The position numbers were made by a program, and so were the translations under genes. The notes beneath the pieces are model-generated. The model was not told the origin of the DNA. It saw only the letters and a program-made list of their open reading frames with translations, and made no database searches. 64,000 nt of DNA, taken from assembly GCA_964447075.1 (NCBI GenBank), contig CAYUQY010000003.1, positions 7,463 to 71,462 of the forward strand, written 5' to 3'. Of the stretch, positions 45,963 through 55,311 are shown in pieces (the stretch's first letter is position 1; each line of letters begins with the position of its first letter). The stretch comes from an uncultured Pseudomonadales bacterium (lineage in GTDB: Bacteria; Patescibacteriota; Microgenomatia; UBA1400; PJMF01).

Positions 45963-46692
45963 GGGGCTAGTCACCAATAATCGGCGACTTTCGTATTTCT
46001 TTTAAGAGTTTTTGGTACATTGTTTTTCGATAATTCCAACGAAACTCAGACTCCTTCAAGTGTAACACAAATTTGTCTCTTCTCACGCCCTTCATCTTGA
46101 GTAATCTGGCTTTAGTAAAGCTCCAGAAACTTTCGATACCATTGACGTGGTTTTTCCCCCGAGCAAATTCTTTTTGATGATGGTGGATTCTGTAATGGTG
46201 ATAACCTTGATAGATCAATCCATCATAGCTTCTCCAACCATCAGTAAAAACAGTGCTTTCTGAGAGAACTTTTCCCTGAATAATCGGAAGTAATTGTTCT
46301 CGAGAACAATTCTCAACAACTTGCGTGTAGACTTTGCCACCACGTTTTAAAAGACCGATTACTGGCACTTTCCCTCGAGCACCACGACCTCTTTTTCCTC
46401 TCACTCGTCGAGCTCCAAAATAACTCTCATCGACCTCAACTTCGCCAGAAAACCCTAATTCTTCTTCACATAAATTGAAAATATATTGACGTAACAATCC
46501 AAATATTCTCATCACTGCTTTTCGACTTAACCCAACTTCTAGAGAAGTTCGGTCCACAGTATCGTCGAGGCAAAAATGCTTTAAAAGCCGACGAAAATCA
46601 GCTTCGGAAATCTTTGTGTATTTTAGATAGCGATTCTTGACTATTTTCTTCACCATTTCGACCATTATAGCCGATTATTGGTGACTAGCCCC
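45963..46692 (-). mobile_element. IS1595-family insertion sequence, IS1016 group (730 bp)
   Basis: Perfect 23-bp TIRs GGGGCTAGTCACCAATAATCGGC (45963-45985 and 46670-46692); TTGCAA duplicated on both flanks. Confidence 0.93.
45967..46656 (-). CDS. IS1595/IS1016 DDE transposase
   Basis: EVDESYFG, GKRGRGA, TDGWRSY, HVNGIESFWS, LKESEFR. Confidence 0.95.
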   Translation of the reverse strand: MVKKIVKNRYLKYTKISEADFRRLLKHFCLDDTVDRTSLEVGLSRKAVMRIFGLLRQYIFNLCEEELGFSGEVEVDESYFGARRVRGKRGRGARGKVPVIGLLKRGGKVYTQVVENCSREQLLPIIQGKVLSESTVFTDGWRSYDGLIYQGYHHYRIHHHQKEFARGKNHVNGIESFWSFTKARLLKMKGVRRDKFVLHLKESEFRWNYRKTMYQKLLKEIRKSPIIGD

Positions 46693-46860
46693 CTTGCAAA
46701 ATGTGCGTACTGTGGAAATCCATACAATTCATCTGATGTTTCTGTCGAAAGTGGAAGAATTAAAATTATCACAAATGCTCGTTGTCGATCATGTGGAGGT
46801 GCTGAACCTGTCTTGAATAAGTAGAGTAATGAGAGATTTTAGAGTATCTTTGTTCGGAAT

Positions 46861-48309
46861 TCAGTTGAAAGTGATCTCGACTCGGGCAGTGTGCACCGAA
46901 GAAGATTTGTCCAAGCCGAACTTGATTTTCCAATCCGCTGCCTGACAGAGTTCTTTGACGATGGGTAGGCCGATGCCGTGAGAAGTAGAGTCAGATTTAC
47001 TTGAGTAGCCACGCTCCCAAATTTTATCTAAGTCTAGATTCATACTACTTGAGACTTGGTTGGAGATAGAGAGTGAAAGGCGTGAGAGCTCGACATGGAT
47101 AGTGGATCCCCCAGGTGAGTTCTGTAAGGCGTTGAGAAGTAGGTTGTGGACGATAATCTTGGTTGCAACTGGGTCAAAAGCAACAGAAATATTGGGTTCA
47201 AGCGTAGTTGCGATCTTGATTTTATCTTGCTTAAACAACTGCAAGAGTTTCTCGACTTCCGCCTCGATGATCTGATTCAAACTGCAAGTATTGTCTGACA
47301 TTTTACCTTCTGAGACTTGAGCATGGAGACCGAGAGTGTCCACGACATCTTTCATCGATATCAGATCAGCCATGACAGAGTTCAGTCCAGTTTCAAAAGT
47401 TTTTTGTTTGAGACTAGCTTGCGCTGTACTTAGAGCCACACTTAAGGGCGTCAGAAGTTCGTGATAACAGTTCTGAGAGAACTGCTTGGTTTTGGCAGCG
47501 GCTTTATTTAGTGGCTTGATGAGCCACTTGGCTCCTAACCAGCCCACTGCATAGCTAAATACTGTGAGTAGGAGATTGACGGTTCCAATGTAAAAAAGAA
47601 CCAAATTTTTTGTGGCCTGAGGAAAGCGACAGTATTGACCTACCTGGACAGTAGTGCCCTGGTGAGGCGGCGAGCTTACTTGAGAGGTAAGTACATTGAC
47701 ACAAATACTATCTCGCTCGATAGTGTGAAAGCCTTGCGACTTAGGGTCAAGATTAAGACTGTTAAAAAGATCAGATGTAAAAATGATGGCGCCATCTGCG
47801 GAAAGAACACGAGAGTAGACCTGAGGATTTTGCTTGAGTGTGGCAAAAACCTGATCTAGCTCCTTGTATTGGGCCACTAACTCATCCTTACTTATTTTTT
47901 TATCTAACAAAGTTTTTTCTGGGGAAAATACTTTAGTCTGATTGACGTTGGTTAGTAGAGCTTTGGTGTTCATCTGTCCAGCTGAGTTATCGCTGGTATC
48001 AGCAGGCTCAGAGCTAGTGTTCACATTTGACAAAAAGCTAGAGTTGCGCAGCTGGAAGACGGTACTTTTTTCTTTTAAGTAGCTTGAGGACTGGTAGTCT
48101 TTGATGACTGTTTTGATGGCAGACTCTAGAGTGTCTTGCTCACTTTTTTGAAGTGCTTTATCTATTAGTTTGAAAGAGGCGAAGGTGGAGACTATAAGTA
48201 GTGAACCTACTAAAAGACTTATGAAGAGAGCAATTTTATGCTCAGTTTTACTAAGAGAAAAGTTAAAACCTGTAGGCGAGTGTTTTGTTTTTCTTGAAAA
48301 AGTGAACAT
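46861..48309 (-). CDS. Sensor histidine kinase
   Basis: Two TM helices; HELLTPL; NLLLNA; GIGL. Confidence 0.9.
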   Translation of the reverse strand: MFTFSRKTKHSPTGFNFSLSKTEHKIALFISLLVGSLLIVSTFASFKLIDKALQKSEQDTLESAIKTVIKDYQSSSYLKEKSTVFQLRNSSFLSNVNTSSEPADTSDNSAGQMNTKALLTNVNQTKVFSPEKTLLDKKISKDELVAQYKELDQVFATLKQNPQVYSRVLSADGAIIFTSDLFNSLNLDPKSQGFHTIERDSICVNVLTSQVSSPPHQGTTVQVGQYCRFPQATKNLVLFYIGTVNLLLTVFSYAVGWLGAKWLIKPLNKAAAKTKQFSQNCYHELLTPLSVALSTAQASLKQKTFETGLNSVMADLISMKDVVDTLGLHAQVSEGKMSDNTCSLNQIIEAEVEKLLQLFKQDKIKIATTLEPNISVAFDPVATKIIVHNLLLNALQNSPGGSTIHVELSRLSLSISNQVSSSMNLDLDKIWERGYSSKSDSTSHGIGLPIVKELCQAADWKIKFGLDKSSSVHTARVEITFN

Positions 48310-48324
48310 AACAGTCTTTAGTAC

Positions 48325-48981
48325 TTAGCGAATTAAGTAGCCTTTAGATTTAATAGTGGTGATGATATTTGCGCCAATTTTTTTCCTAAGTCGAGTTATG
48401 TGCACTTTAAGTGTTTCGGAAAAAGCAATGTCTGAGTGATTTCCCCAGACATGATCATAAATATCGCTGGCTGATTGGGGAGATCCACGATGAAGTATGA
48501 GGTGAGTGAGAATTTGTGTTTCTATTGGCGTTAGTGCAAGCTCGATATTATTTAGAGATGCTTGAGTGGTAGATAAGTTAAAGACGAAGTCACCTGACTT
48601 AAAAACTTGGTTTTTTTGACTGCCATTGCGCCGTGAGAGGGCTCTGATCCTGGCGAGTAGCTCTTCCATCAAAAAAGGCTTAGTCAGGTAATCATCAGCG
48701 CCACTATCTAGGCCGCCAACCTTATCTGAGAGTCCCATTCTAGCTGTAAGCATCAGAATAGGTGTGTTTAGCCCATCCTGGCGCTTGTCCTGGCACCATA
48801 CAGCTCCATCTCCATCCGGTAGTGACAAGTCGAGAATGATGACCTCAAAGTCTTGAAGTGAGATAGCCTCATCAGCCAGGTCTAGGTTGGCAGCTTGCAC
48901 AACTGAGTGGCTGTCGCTCTCGATCATAATCTTGATATTGGTCGAGAGCTTGATGTTGTCTTCGATGACTAAAACGTGCAT
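48325..48981 (-). CDS. OmpR/PhoB-family response regulator
   Basis: VIED, ILDLSLP, MLTAR, GADDYLTKPF, VHITRLRKK, GY. Confidence 0.95.
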   Translation of the reverse strand: MHVLVIEDNIKLSTNIKIMIESDSHSVVQAANLDLADEAISLQDFEVIILDLSLPDGDGAVWCQDKRQDGLNTPILMLTARMGLSDKVGGLDSGADDYLTKPFLMEELLARIRALSRRNGSQKNQVFKSGDFVFNLSTTQASLNNIELALTPIETQILTHLILHRGSPQSASDIYDHVWGNHSDIAFSETLKVHITRLRKKIGANIITTIKSKGYLIR

Positions 48982-49013
48982 ATAGGTATTGTACCTTGGA
49001 GGACGCACTTGAC

Positions 49014-50522
49014 CTATTTGTTGTAGATGAAGCTGGCCGCATCATATTGGTTACTCTTCTTAAACAGCCTACCGCTTTCGTTTTGCTTTATGTCCTGAGA
49101 GCCGACCTTGATTAAGAACTGTTGCTTGACCTCTAAAGTTCGTACTTGACTATCAAATGATCCAGGCAGGCGTTGATTGGCCGACTGGACATCTTTGAGA
49201 GTTTGATCCAGCAAGCGTCGAGCCTCATCATTTTGGACTTGATCGAGATACTTGTCTGACTGCTCCAGCTGATCGGCTACATATGCTTCCATGAAGGCTT
49301 TGTAGACAGAGTCGTCTGTGAGAGGATTGACGACCTGAGAGGTGAACTTAGGAGCTGGCACTTTCAGAGTCAGGCTTTCGGTTCGACCGGTGAGGGTACT
49401 TTTGAAGTTGACCTTAATATTGGCGATCGGCAAGCTATCTACATTGCCGTTATCTGAGGACTTGCCTTTGAGTTCAAATAAGTAGCTTACCTTGCGACCA
49501 GCAGCCACAGGCTGAGGTTGGAAAGTTGTCGAGCCAGTGTTTACATAGCCGATACTTCTTTCAAGCTTCCAAATAGGACTCAAGCCAAGATCGACAGTGA
49601 TGTCTCGTGCTGTGATGTTCATCAGGTGATCTAACTCATCGGCAAAGATACGAGGTGCATCGGTAGGGCCTTCCATAAAGTAGTATCTGCCTCGACCAGC
49701 TATAGCGACCTGACTCATGAGGTTCTCATCATAGTCAGCACCTACACCTATAGTGGTGACCGAGACTGAGTCACCAGCAAGCTGCTTGGTGAGGCGAGCT
49801 AGATCTTCAGCCTTACTAATTCCTACATTAGCCAAGCCATCAGAAAGTAAGATAACTTTTTTGAGGGCGTTAACTTTTTCGCCTCGTTGGACTGAAAGAA
49901 TTCCTTCTCGTAAGCCACCCTCGATGTTGGTACCACCATTGTCGGTAACATTTTGGACTGCAGAGACGAATTTTTCTTTGTCAAATGAGCCTGTGAAAGC
50001 TGTAGTTACAGAGTCTGAGTAGATGACAAGTGTGACTTGATCAGAGGGTAAAAGGAGATCAGCCATCTGGACTAGAGAGCTTTTTACAGAGGCTAACTTC
50101 GCACCACTCATCGAGCCACTCTTATCAAGCACTAAAGCTAGATTGAGAGGCACTCTCTCACGAGTAGTAGGTAGACTAGAACCCTCTAGTGTGACGAGAA
50201 GATAGCTAGTGCCACCTTGAGTACTTACCAGACTTGATCCTAGGATAGCTGAGGCATGTAGTCCCGCAGTTGATATGACGGTTGCTTGGCTGTCAGATGA
50301 TCCCGATTGGTGAATGATCTGTTCTGGGGCAGGTGGGGCAGAGGCAGATGGGGGAAGGCCAGATGGTGGTGGAGTGACTGGGGGAAGGGTGCCACCTATT
50401 ACTATCCTACTGATGTCTGCCCAGACCTTGCTTGGACCTCGAATGCCGATAAAAAGTAAAAGTGCTAGAGCCCCGATTGGAGCCACATTTTGCCAGAAAG
50501 GCGTTGAGAATAGTTTTTGCAT
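49014..50522 (-). CDS. Membrane-anchored VWA-domain protein (YfbK-like)
   Basis: MIDAS DKSGSM, GGTN, LLSDGLAN, GVGADY; N-terminal TM and Pro linker. Confidence 0.9.
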   Translation of the reverse strand: MQKLFSTPFWQNVAPIGALALLLFIGIRGPSKVWADISRIVIGGTLPPVTPPPSGLPPSASAPPAPEQIIHQSGSSDSQATVISTAGLHASAILGSSLVSTQGGTSYLLVTLEGSSLPTTRERVPLNLALVLDKSGSMSGAKLASVKSSLVQMADLLLPSDQVTLVIYSDSVTTAFTGSFDKEKFVSAVQNVTDNGGTNIEGGLREGILSVQRGEKVNALKKVILLSDGLANVGISKAEDLARLTKQLAGDSVSVTTIGVGADYDENLMSQVAIAGRGRYYFMEGPTDAPRIFADELDHLMNITARDITVDLGLSPIWKLERSIGYVNTGSTTFQPQPVAAGRKVSYLFELKGKSSDNGNVDSLPIANIKVNFKSTLTGRTESLTLKVPAPKFTSQVVNPLTDDSVYKAFMEAYVADQLEQSDKYLDQVQNDEARRLLDQTLKDVQSANQRLPGSFDSQVRTLEVKQQFLIKVGSQDIKQNESGRLFKKSNQYDAASFIYNK

Positions 50523-50528
50523 AGGGCG

Positions 50529-50562
50529 AGTGTAGCGCGGGACAGGTTACGGGCTGGTTACG
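50529..50562 (-). promoter_or_regulatory. OmpR-type tandem operator plus -10 box of the VWA operon
   Basis: Minus strand CGTAACC-N4-CGTAACC (11-bp period), 10 nt, TACACT, 6 nt, ATG. Confidence 0.65.
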
Positions 50563-50580
50563 ATGAGATACAATCAGAAA

Positions 50581-51216
50581 ATGCACACATTCGTAATAGC
50601 TTCAATTAGTGCCGATGGCTACATCGCCCCGACAGCACTTGAGCGTTCCACCAACTGGACGAGTAGGGAAGACCTACGCTTTTTCATCGACCGTACGCGA
50701 CAGGCAGGAGTAATAGTGATGGGCGTCACTACATTTGGTACATTGCCCATGCAGCCCCAGCCTAAAAAAATTAACATCGTCTATTCACGCAGTGGTGTGG
50801 AGCGGGTAGAGAAGATTCGTGACCAAGCTGGCAAGAGCTACAAAGTAGTTGAGTTGGATGAGGCTTATGTTGGAAATTTAGACCAATCAATAGTTTACGT
50901 AACTTCACTCGACCCACAAAACTTGGTTAAAAAGTTGGAGACCCTGGGTTTTCCAGAACTAGCTGTGTGCGGTGGGGCGAGCATCTACGATCTGTTTTTG
51001 AGATCGGGAGTGGTGAACACACTCTATCTGACAGTCGAACCAATTGTGTTTGGTGAGGGAGTTAAATTGTTAAAGTCAGGTCTCACACGAAAAATGAAGT
51101 TGAAGAGCTCGAAGAATTTGTCGCAGGACAGTGTTTTATTGGAGTATGGATTTGATACCGGTGAGAGCATGCCAAGCGCTAGGGCGGCTTCAGAGGCAAT
51201 TTCACAAATGGCATAG
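50581..51216 (+). CDS. folA: Dihydrofolate reductase family protein
   Basis: SADGYI, W...EDLRFF, VMG.TTF, CGGASIY, LYLTVEP; DHFR role inferred from proximity to thyA. Confidence 0.75.
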   Translation: MHTFVIASISADGYIAPTALERSTNWTSREDLRFFIDRTRQAGVIVMGVTTFGTLPMQPQPKKINIVYSRSGVERVEKIRDQAGKSYKVVELDEAYVGNLDQSIVYVTSLDPQNLVKKLETLGFPELAVCGGASIYDLFLRSGVVNTLYLTVEPIVFGEGVKLLKSGLTRKMKLKSSKNLSQDSVLLEYGFDTGESMPSARAASEAISQMA

Positions 51217-51263
51217 TTATTTCTACAGAAAGTGTTAAAATTTGTTAATAATTTGGAGAAAAT

Positions 51264-51520
51264 ATGGATAACAGCGAAAATTTTTATCACATCGTGCTCA
51301 ATTTGGTTACGATTCTGATGAAGTAATTAAAAGAGAATTGATGAAATTGGCAGAGGATAAGCGGTTAGTTATTACACCTGATGAGATTAATGGAATCTGT
51401 GCTGAGCATGGTTTAGTAGCTGGTTCAGCCACCAGCCTTGCTGATGATATGCAAACAGGGGCAAGAAATGATCGCAGTGCTTCAGAAAGATATCCCGTTC
51501 GCCACAAGAGACATAGCTAG
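51264..51520 (+). pseudogene. Small hypothetical protein, probably frameshifted at A4T5 near 51280
   Basis: GGAG SD and ATG at 51264 join ORF 51338-51520 if one base is added. Confidence 0.35.
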
Positions 51521-51552
51521 TATGGGCTTACTAATTGCAAACCAGATAGCTA

Positions 51553-51972
51553 TCAATCTAGCAACTTAAATGGAATTACGAGTTCCTTTTTTAATAGTTG
51601 CTCAAAGTGTTTTTGATTCCAACCCGGATCTTCGAAAACGAGCGGTGTGCCTTCAACTCCCTCTGGTACAAAATCATCTGGTTTTTCTGGTTCTTCATCA
51701 GCTGCATAGACCTCCTTAATGACTTGGGTTTTATTGTTTAAATCAATGAGCTTCATGCCTGGCTTAAGGCCAGTTCCTACCGATACACCATATAGTTGTA
51801 TAAAGTCGTCGCCCAACTCATCAGCTTGATCGCATAAGAAATATTTGCCACTTAAGCTGGTTTTCAGTTCGCTAAGTTTTCTCTGGACAATAGCATTACT
51901 ACGCTGCGATCGTATATATAGTACAACAACCAAGATGATAAAAAAGCAAAGAAAAAATGGAAGATAAATCAT
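51553..51972 (-). CDS. Hypothetical protein with N-terminal TM
   Basis: 139-aa ORF directly downstream of rhuM. Confidence 0.65.
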   Translation of the reverse strand: MIYLPFFLCFFIILVVVLYIRSQRSNAIVQRKLSELKTSLSGKYFLCDQADELGDDFIQLYGVSVGTGLKPGMKLIDLNNKTQVIKEVYAADEEPEKPDDFVPEGVEGTPLVFEDPGWNQKHFEQLLKKELVIPFKLLD

Positions 51973-51975
51973 AAA

Positions 51976-53010
51976 TTACTTGGACTTTTGGGACTTCACT
52001 TTTATTGTTATCTTTTTTTCAAGTATTTTGATACTATCCAGATAGGATTTTTCTACTTCGCTCAAGGTTTTAGCTTGATATTTTTTGTATTCACTCTTAG
52101 CTTTTTCTATTGCCGCTTCGTGACTGATAGTTCCTGGATTTAGTAAGAGTTGCTCTCCGGAAGAGGTTAGGATAGCATCTAGGTGATTAGCCCAATCCTT
52201 CATAGTCATTGGTACTTCTCGCTCGGCTTGACGCTCGGCAAAATCCAGATATCCAGATACTATCTGCCCAAGCGCACGTAGCTCCTTTTCACTAAGATAA
52301 TTTTTGGCGATTACTACATCTGAAAGGTGTGGCCGTAAGCCATGAAAGGTTGTTAGACCCATAAACTCTTTTTCTGCATTTGCACGGTCATGAATGACTT
52401 CAGCGGCTGTATGCCCATGAACAGCAAAGTGTATTTTATTTTGCACTTTCTTGAAAAAAGCCACTGAGCTATCGGCAGCGACATCGTAATCAATGCTAGT
52501 AGCGTAGATATCTAGAATCTGTCGGTAGAAAACCTTTTCACTTGAGCGGATATCACGTATGCGAGTGAGGAGCTCTTTCCAGTATCCGCCCCCACCCATC
52601 CCTTTTAATCTCTCATCGTCCATCGTAAAGCCTTTGACCATGTACTCATGTAGTCGTTTAGTAGCCCATTGACGAAACTGCGTGCCACGAGCTGATTTAA
52701 CGCGATAACCAACTGAAATGACCATTTCTAGGTTATACAGATAAACATCAGATGATTGAGTTTTTCCATTGATTGCGCCATGTTTAGTGGTTATTCGGAA
52801 TTTCCGAATAACCACTTTCTCGTTTAATTCTCCGTCAATAAAAATATTTTTAATATGCTCGTTAATAGTTGATTTTGACTTGTCAAACAGAGCTGCTATT
52901 TGGTTTTGAGTTAGCCATACATTTCCATCCTCAAGGCGTACTTCTATTTTGGGAGTGCCGTCATCTGTTTGATAAATGACGATCTCGCTAATGTTCTCAT
53001 TTTCTTCCAT
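51976..53010 (-). CDS. rhuM: Virulence RhuM-family protein
   Basis: WLTQNQIA, YNLEMVISVGYRVKS..GTQFRQWAT, IRDIRSSEK, AKNYL. Confidence 0.9.
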   Translation of the reverse strand: MEENENISEIVIYQTDDGTPKIEVRLEDGNVWLTQNQIAALFDKSKSTINEHIKNIFIDGELNEKVVIRKFRITTKHGAINGKTQSSDVYLYNLEMVISVGYRVKSARGTQFRQWATKRLHEYMVKGFTMDDERLKGMGGGGYWKELLTRIRDIRSSEKVFYRQILDIYATSIDYDVAADSSVAFFKKVQNKIHFAVHGHTAAEVIHDRANAEKEFMGLTTFHGLRPHLSDVVIAKNYLSEKELRALGQIVSGYLDFAERQAEREVPMTMKDWANHLDAILTSSGEQLLLNPGTISHEAAIEKAKSEYKKYQAKTLSEVEKSYLDSIKILEKKITIKVKSQKSK

Positions 53011-53016
53011 ATTTAT

Positions 53017-53652
53017 TTACCTCTTCCAATCTCCACTCTTGACTCGGTTGCGTCCGTGCATGTGCCAGTCGTGAGGATTTGAAGACTGGATGGCGAGCCA
53101 CATCTTACGTGCAGTCTCTGTAAAAAACTGCGATTCATAGACCCTTTTTCGTGTATCTGCAAAAGCGGCGCTTAGCGAGTTACCCTGAGCTTCAAGCTCC
53201 TTGATCTCCAAATCACAATCTAGATTGTCAGCATCTTTAACTATTTTGGCCTCAAGCGAGTCGCGTTTTTCATACTCTTCGAGTAGTGCTAGCATTTCCT
53301 TTTCCAAACTAGTTTGAGCAAAAATATCTGCTTTGGCAAGATCTTCATTGCGGGCTGTGTACTGACGGGAGACGTAGTGCACGTCGCCTGTACGAGACTC
53401 TGCTATGTCGTGAGCTAGGGCCATCTTTACTAGTTTGCCAGTATCCACTCCAGACTCATGAGCGGCTATTACTTGAGCAATCCAGGCCACTCGGTAACTA
53501 TGCTCTGAAACATTTTGGACAAAAGGGGAGAGGAATTGGCGCCAGGTGCGCTGCAGAAAGCGCAAAGTACCTACTTCGTAGACAAACTCTAGATCTCGAT
53601 CTGCTGACGATTGAGAAGTGCTTGAGTTGGGTGTGGTTTTTTTATTGAGCAT
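53017..53652 (-). CDS. HD-domain hydrolase (YfbR/HD_3-like deoxynucleotidase)
   Basis: SEHSYR, AHDIAESRTGD, VKDADNLD. Confidence 0.85.
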   Translation of the reverse strand: MLNKKTTPNSSTSQSSADRDLEFVYEVGTLRFLQRTWRQFLSPFVQNVSEHSYRVAWIAQVIAAHESGVDTGKLVKMALAHDIAESRTGDVHYVSRQYTARNEDLAKADIFAQTSLEKEMLALLEEYEKRDSLEAKIVKDADNLDCDLEIKELEAQGNSLSAAFADTRKRVYESQFFTETARKMWLAIQSSNPHDWHMHGRNRVKSGDWKR

Positions 53653-53749
53653 TGTCGAGCAATTATACAAGTGATTTTGGGCTTTTTTTACTAGGATCAG
53701 GATGGTATTCTGATCACTTAACTGCCATTTTACTTAAGGAAAGGGAGAC

Positions 53750-54388
53750 ATGATTGCTCACAAAGGTTTTTTAATATCTTTTGAAGGAGGTGAGGGAGCA
53801 GGTAAGACAGTTCAGACTAAAAGATTGGTAGAGAACTTTCAAAAACTAAATAAGCCGATTACAGCCTTGAGAGAGCCAGGCGGTACAGCTATTAGCGAGC
53901 AGATACGATCTGTTGTCCTGTCGGCTAAAAATGAGGGAATCTCCTATACATCAGAAGTTCTGCTTTTCCAGGCTGCGAGGGCTCAGATCTATTTTGAAAA
54001 AGTTTTACCAGCTCTGGAAGCAGGGGAGACGGTAGTTATGGATCGTACGAGAGATTCATCGGTAGTGTACCAAGGTATAGTGCGAAAATTTGGTCGAGAC
54101 TTGATCGATCAGCTGAACACTATCTCCACTAAGGACACTTATCCAGACATGACATTTCTTCTAGATGTCCCAGCAGCTTTGGGCTTGGAGCGTTGCAACT
54201 TGGCCGGTAATGGTAATCGTTTTGAGCTTGAGGGTTTGGAGTTTCACGAAGGAGTAAGACAAGCATACTTGATGCTCGCAAATGAAGATACGACTGGGCG
54301 TTGGATTATTGTTGATGCCTCGCGATCACTAGAAGAGGTAGAGGCAGAGCTTTGGGAAAAGATTCAAAAGAAGTTGAAGTCTTTATGA
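53750..54388 (+). CDS. tmk: Thymidylate kinase
   Basis: FEGGEGAGKT, REPGGT, MDR..SS..YQG, PD. Confidence 0.96.
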   Translation: MIAHKGFLISFEGGEGAGKTVQTKRLVENFQKLNKPITALREPGGTAISEQIRSVVLSAKNEGISYTSEVLLFQAARAQIYFEKVLPALEAGETVVMDRTRDSSVVYQGIVRKFGRDLIDQLNTISTKDTYPDMTFLLDVPAALGLERCNLAGNGNRFELEGLEFHEGVRQAYLMLANEDTTGRWIIVDASRSLEEVEAELWEKIQKKLKSL

Positions 54389-54412
54389 GTTGGTAAGTAC
54401 AGATAATTAAAA

Positions 54413-54438
54413 TGGGGCGGGCCTTCCGGCCCGCCCCA
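54413..54438. terminator. Intrinsic terminator between convergent genes
   Basis: 11-bp perfect stem TGGGGCGGGCC/GGCCCGCCCCA, 4-nt loop, T-run on the minus strand. Confidence 0.85.
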
Positions 54439-54470
54439 GCTATTTCCAAACAAATTACCCTAAACCAAAA

Positions 54471-55052
54471 TTACCTAGCAGTTATCACTACTGGTAGAGA
54501 GTAACGATTTCGATCTTGTGAAACCTCAAATCTGTAGTTTGTGCCAGACTGGAGACCACCAATGGTCACTCCACCCTCATCACAACTAGCAGCTGTGGCG
54601 TACGTGTAGACTTTACTAACATTCTCGGTGTAGCGAACGTGGCAAGTGCCGCCTCGCATACCCCAACCAAGCCAAACTTGGCCATCAGCAGCATTTTGGA
54701 CATAGGCACTAGACATGTTGACATATCCTGAGTTTTTCATGACTCTATTGGAAGGTAGTTTTACGTACTTTCCCTTTAGGTTTTTTCCGGCCATCTGGCG
54801 TACTTTCTGAGCTCTCATTTGCCTTGTAGCATGGTTAGGAACCATCAAATATTGGCTTTGTGAGCCAGACTGTGTTCCACTTGCAGTAGCTTCGATATTG
54901 GTAGCCGAGCCATTCTCGAGTTTTACACTCGAGTTGACAGTTTGGGTAAACTGTTGAGACTGTTCCATAACCTGAGCAGACACTGGCACTGCGCCAAGAG
55001 TCAAAGCTGATGCTGAGGCTAATAACCCCAAGACAAGGTGTTTATTGATCAT
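54471..55052 (-). CDS. Secreted protein with Fn3-like C-terminal domain
   Basis: Signal peptide ending VSA; W...Y...TIGGLQSGTNYRFEV. Confidence 0.7.
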   Translation of the reverse strand: MINKHLVLGLLASASALTLGAVPVSAQVMEQSQQFTQTVNSSVKLENGSATNIEATASGTQSGSQSQYLMVPNHATRQMRAQKVRQMAGKNLKGKYVKLPSNRVMKNSGYVNMSSAYVQNAADGQVWLGWGMRGGTCHVRYTENVSKVYTYATAASCDEGGVTIGGLQSGTNYRFEVSQDRNRYSLPVVITAR

Positions 55053-55311
55053 ATTTCTCCTTTTTAGAGGTGCTTATTATATCATATAGTGTCATTTTGA
55101 AAATCTTATGAGACTTAAGCACAAGACTTAAACAGTAGGCATTTGAGTGTTTTTGTGCTAACTTTAGGACCATGATTAAGTCATCTATCATCACCCTCAC
55201 GAGCTTTTCTACCTGCTGAAGTAGTCTATTATTTTGGCAAGCTTTTCAGATTTACTTTTTTCACCATCCTTTTTACATTTTTGGCAGTATTATTGATTCT
55301 TAGGAGAACAT

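Larger units (their letters stand above)
44811..46824 (+). pseudogene. DUF4097/adhesin-like beta-repeat protein with C-terminal Zn ribbon, frameshifted at a C8 tract and interrupted by an IS
   Basis: SD and ATG at 44811; C8 at 44842-44849; (T/S)SG repeats in 44939-45970; frame resumes after the IS as KCAYCG...CRSCGG...NK* (ends 46824). Confidence 0.8.

Noticed and set aside
55053-55311. ZTP or THF riboswitch upstream of glyA
   Set aside because: No recognisable consensus motifs or stems
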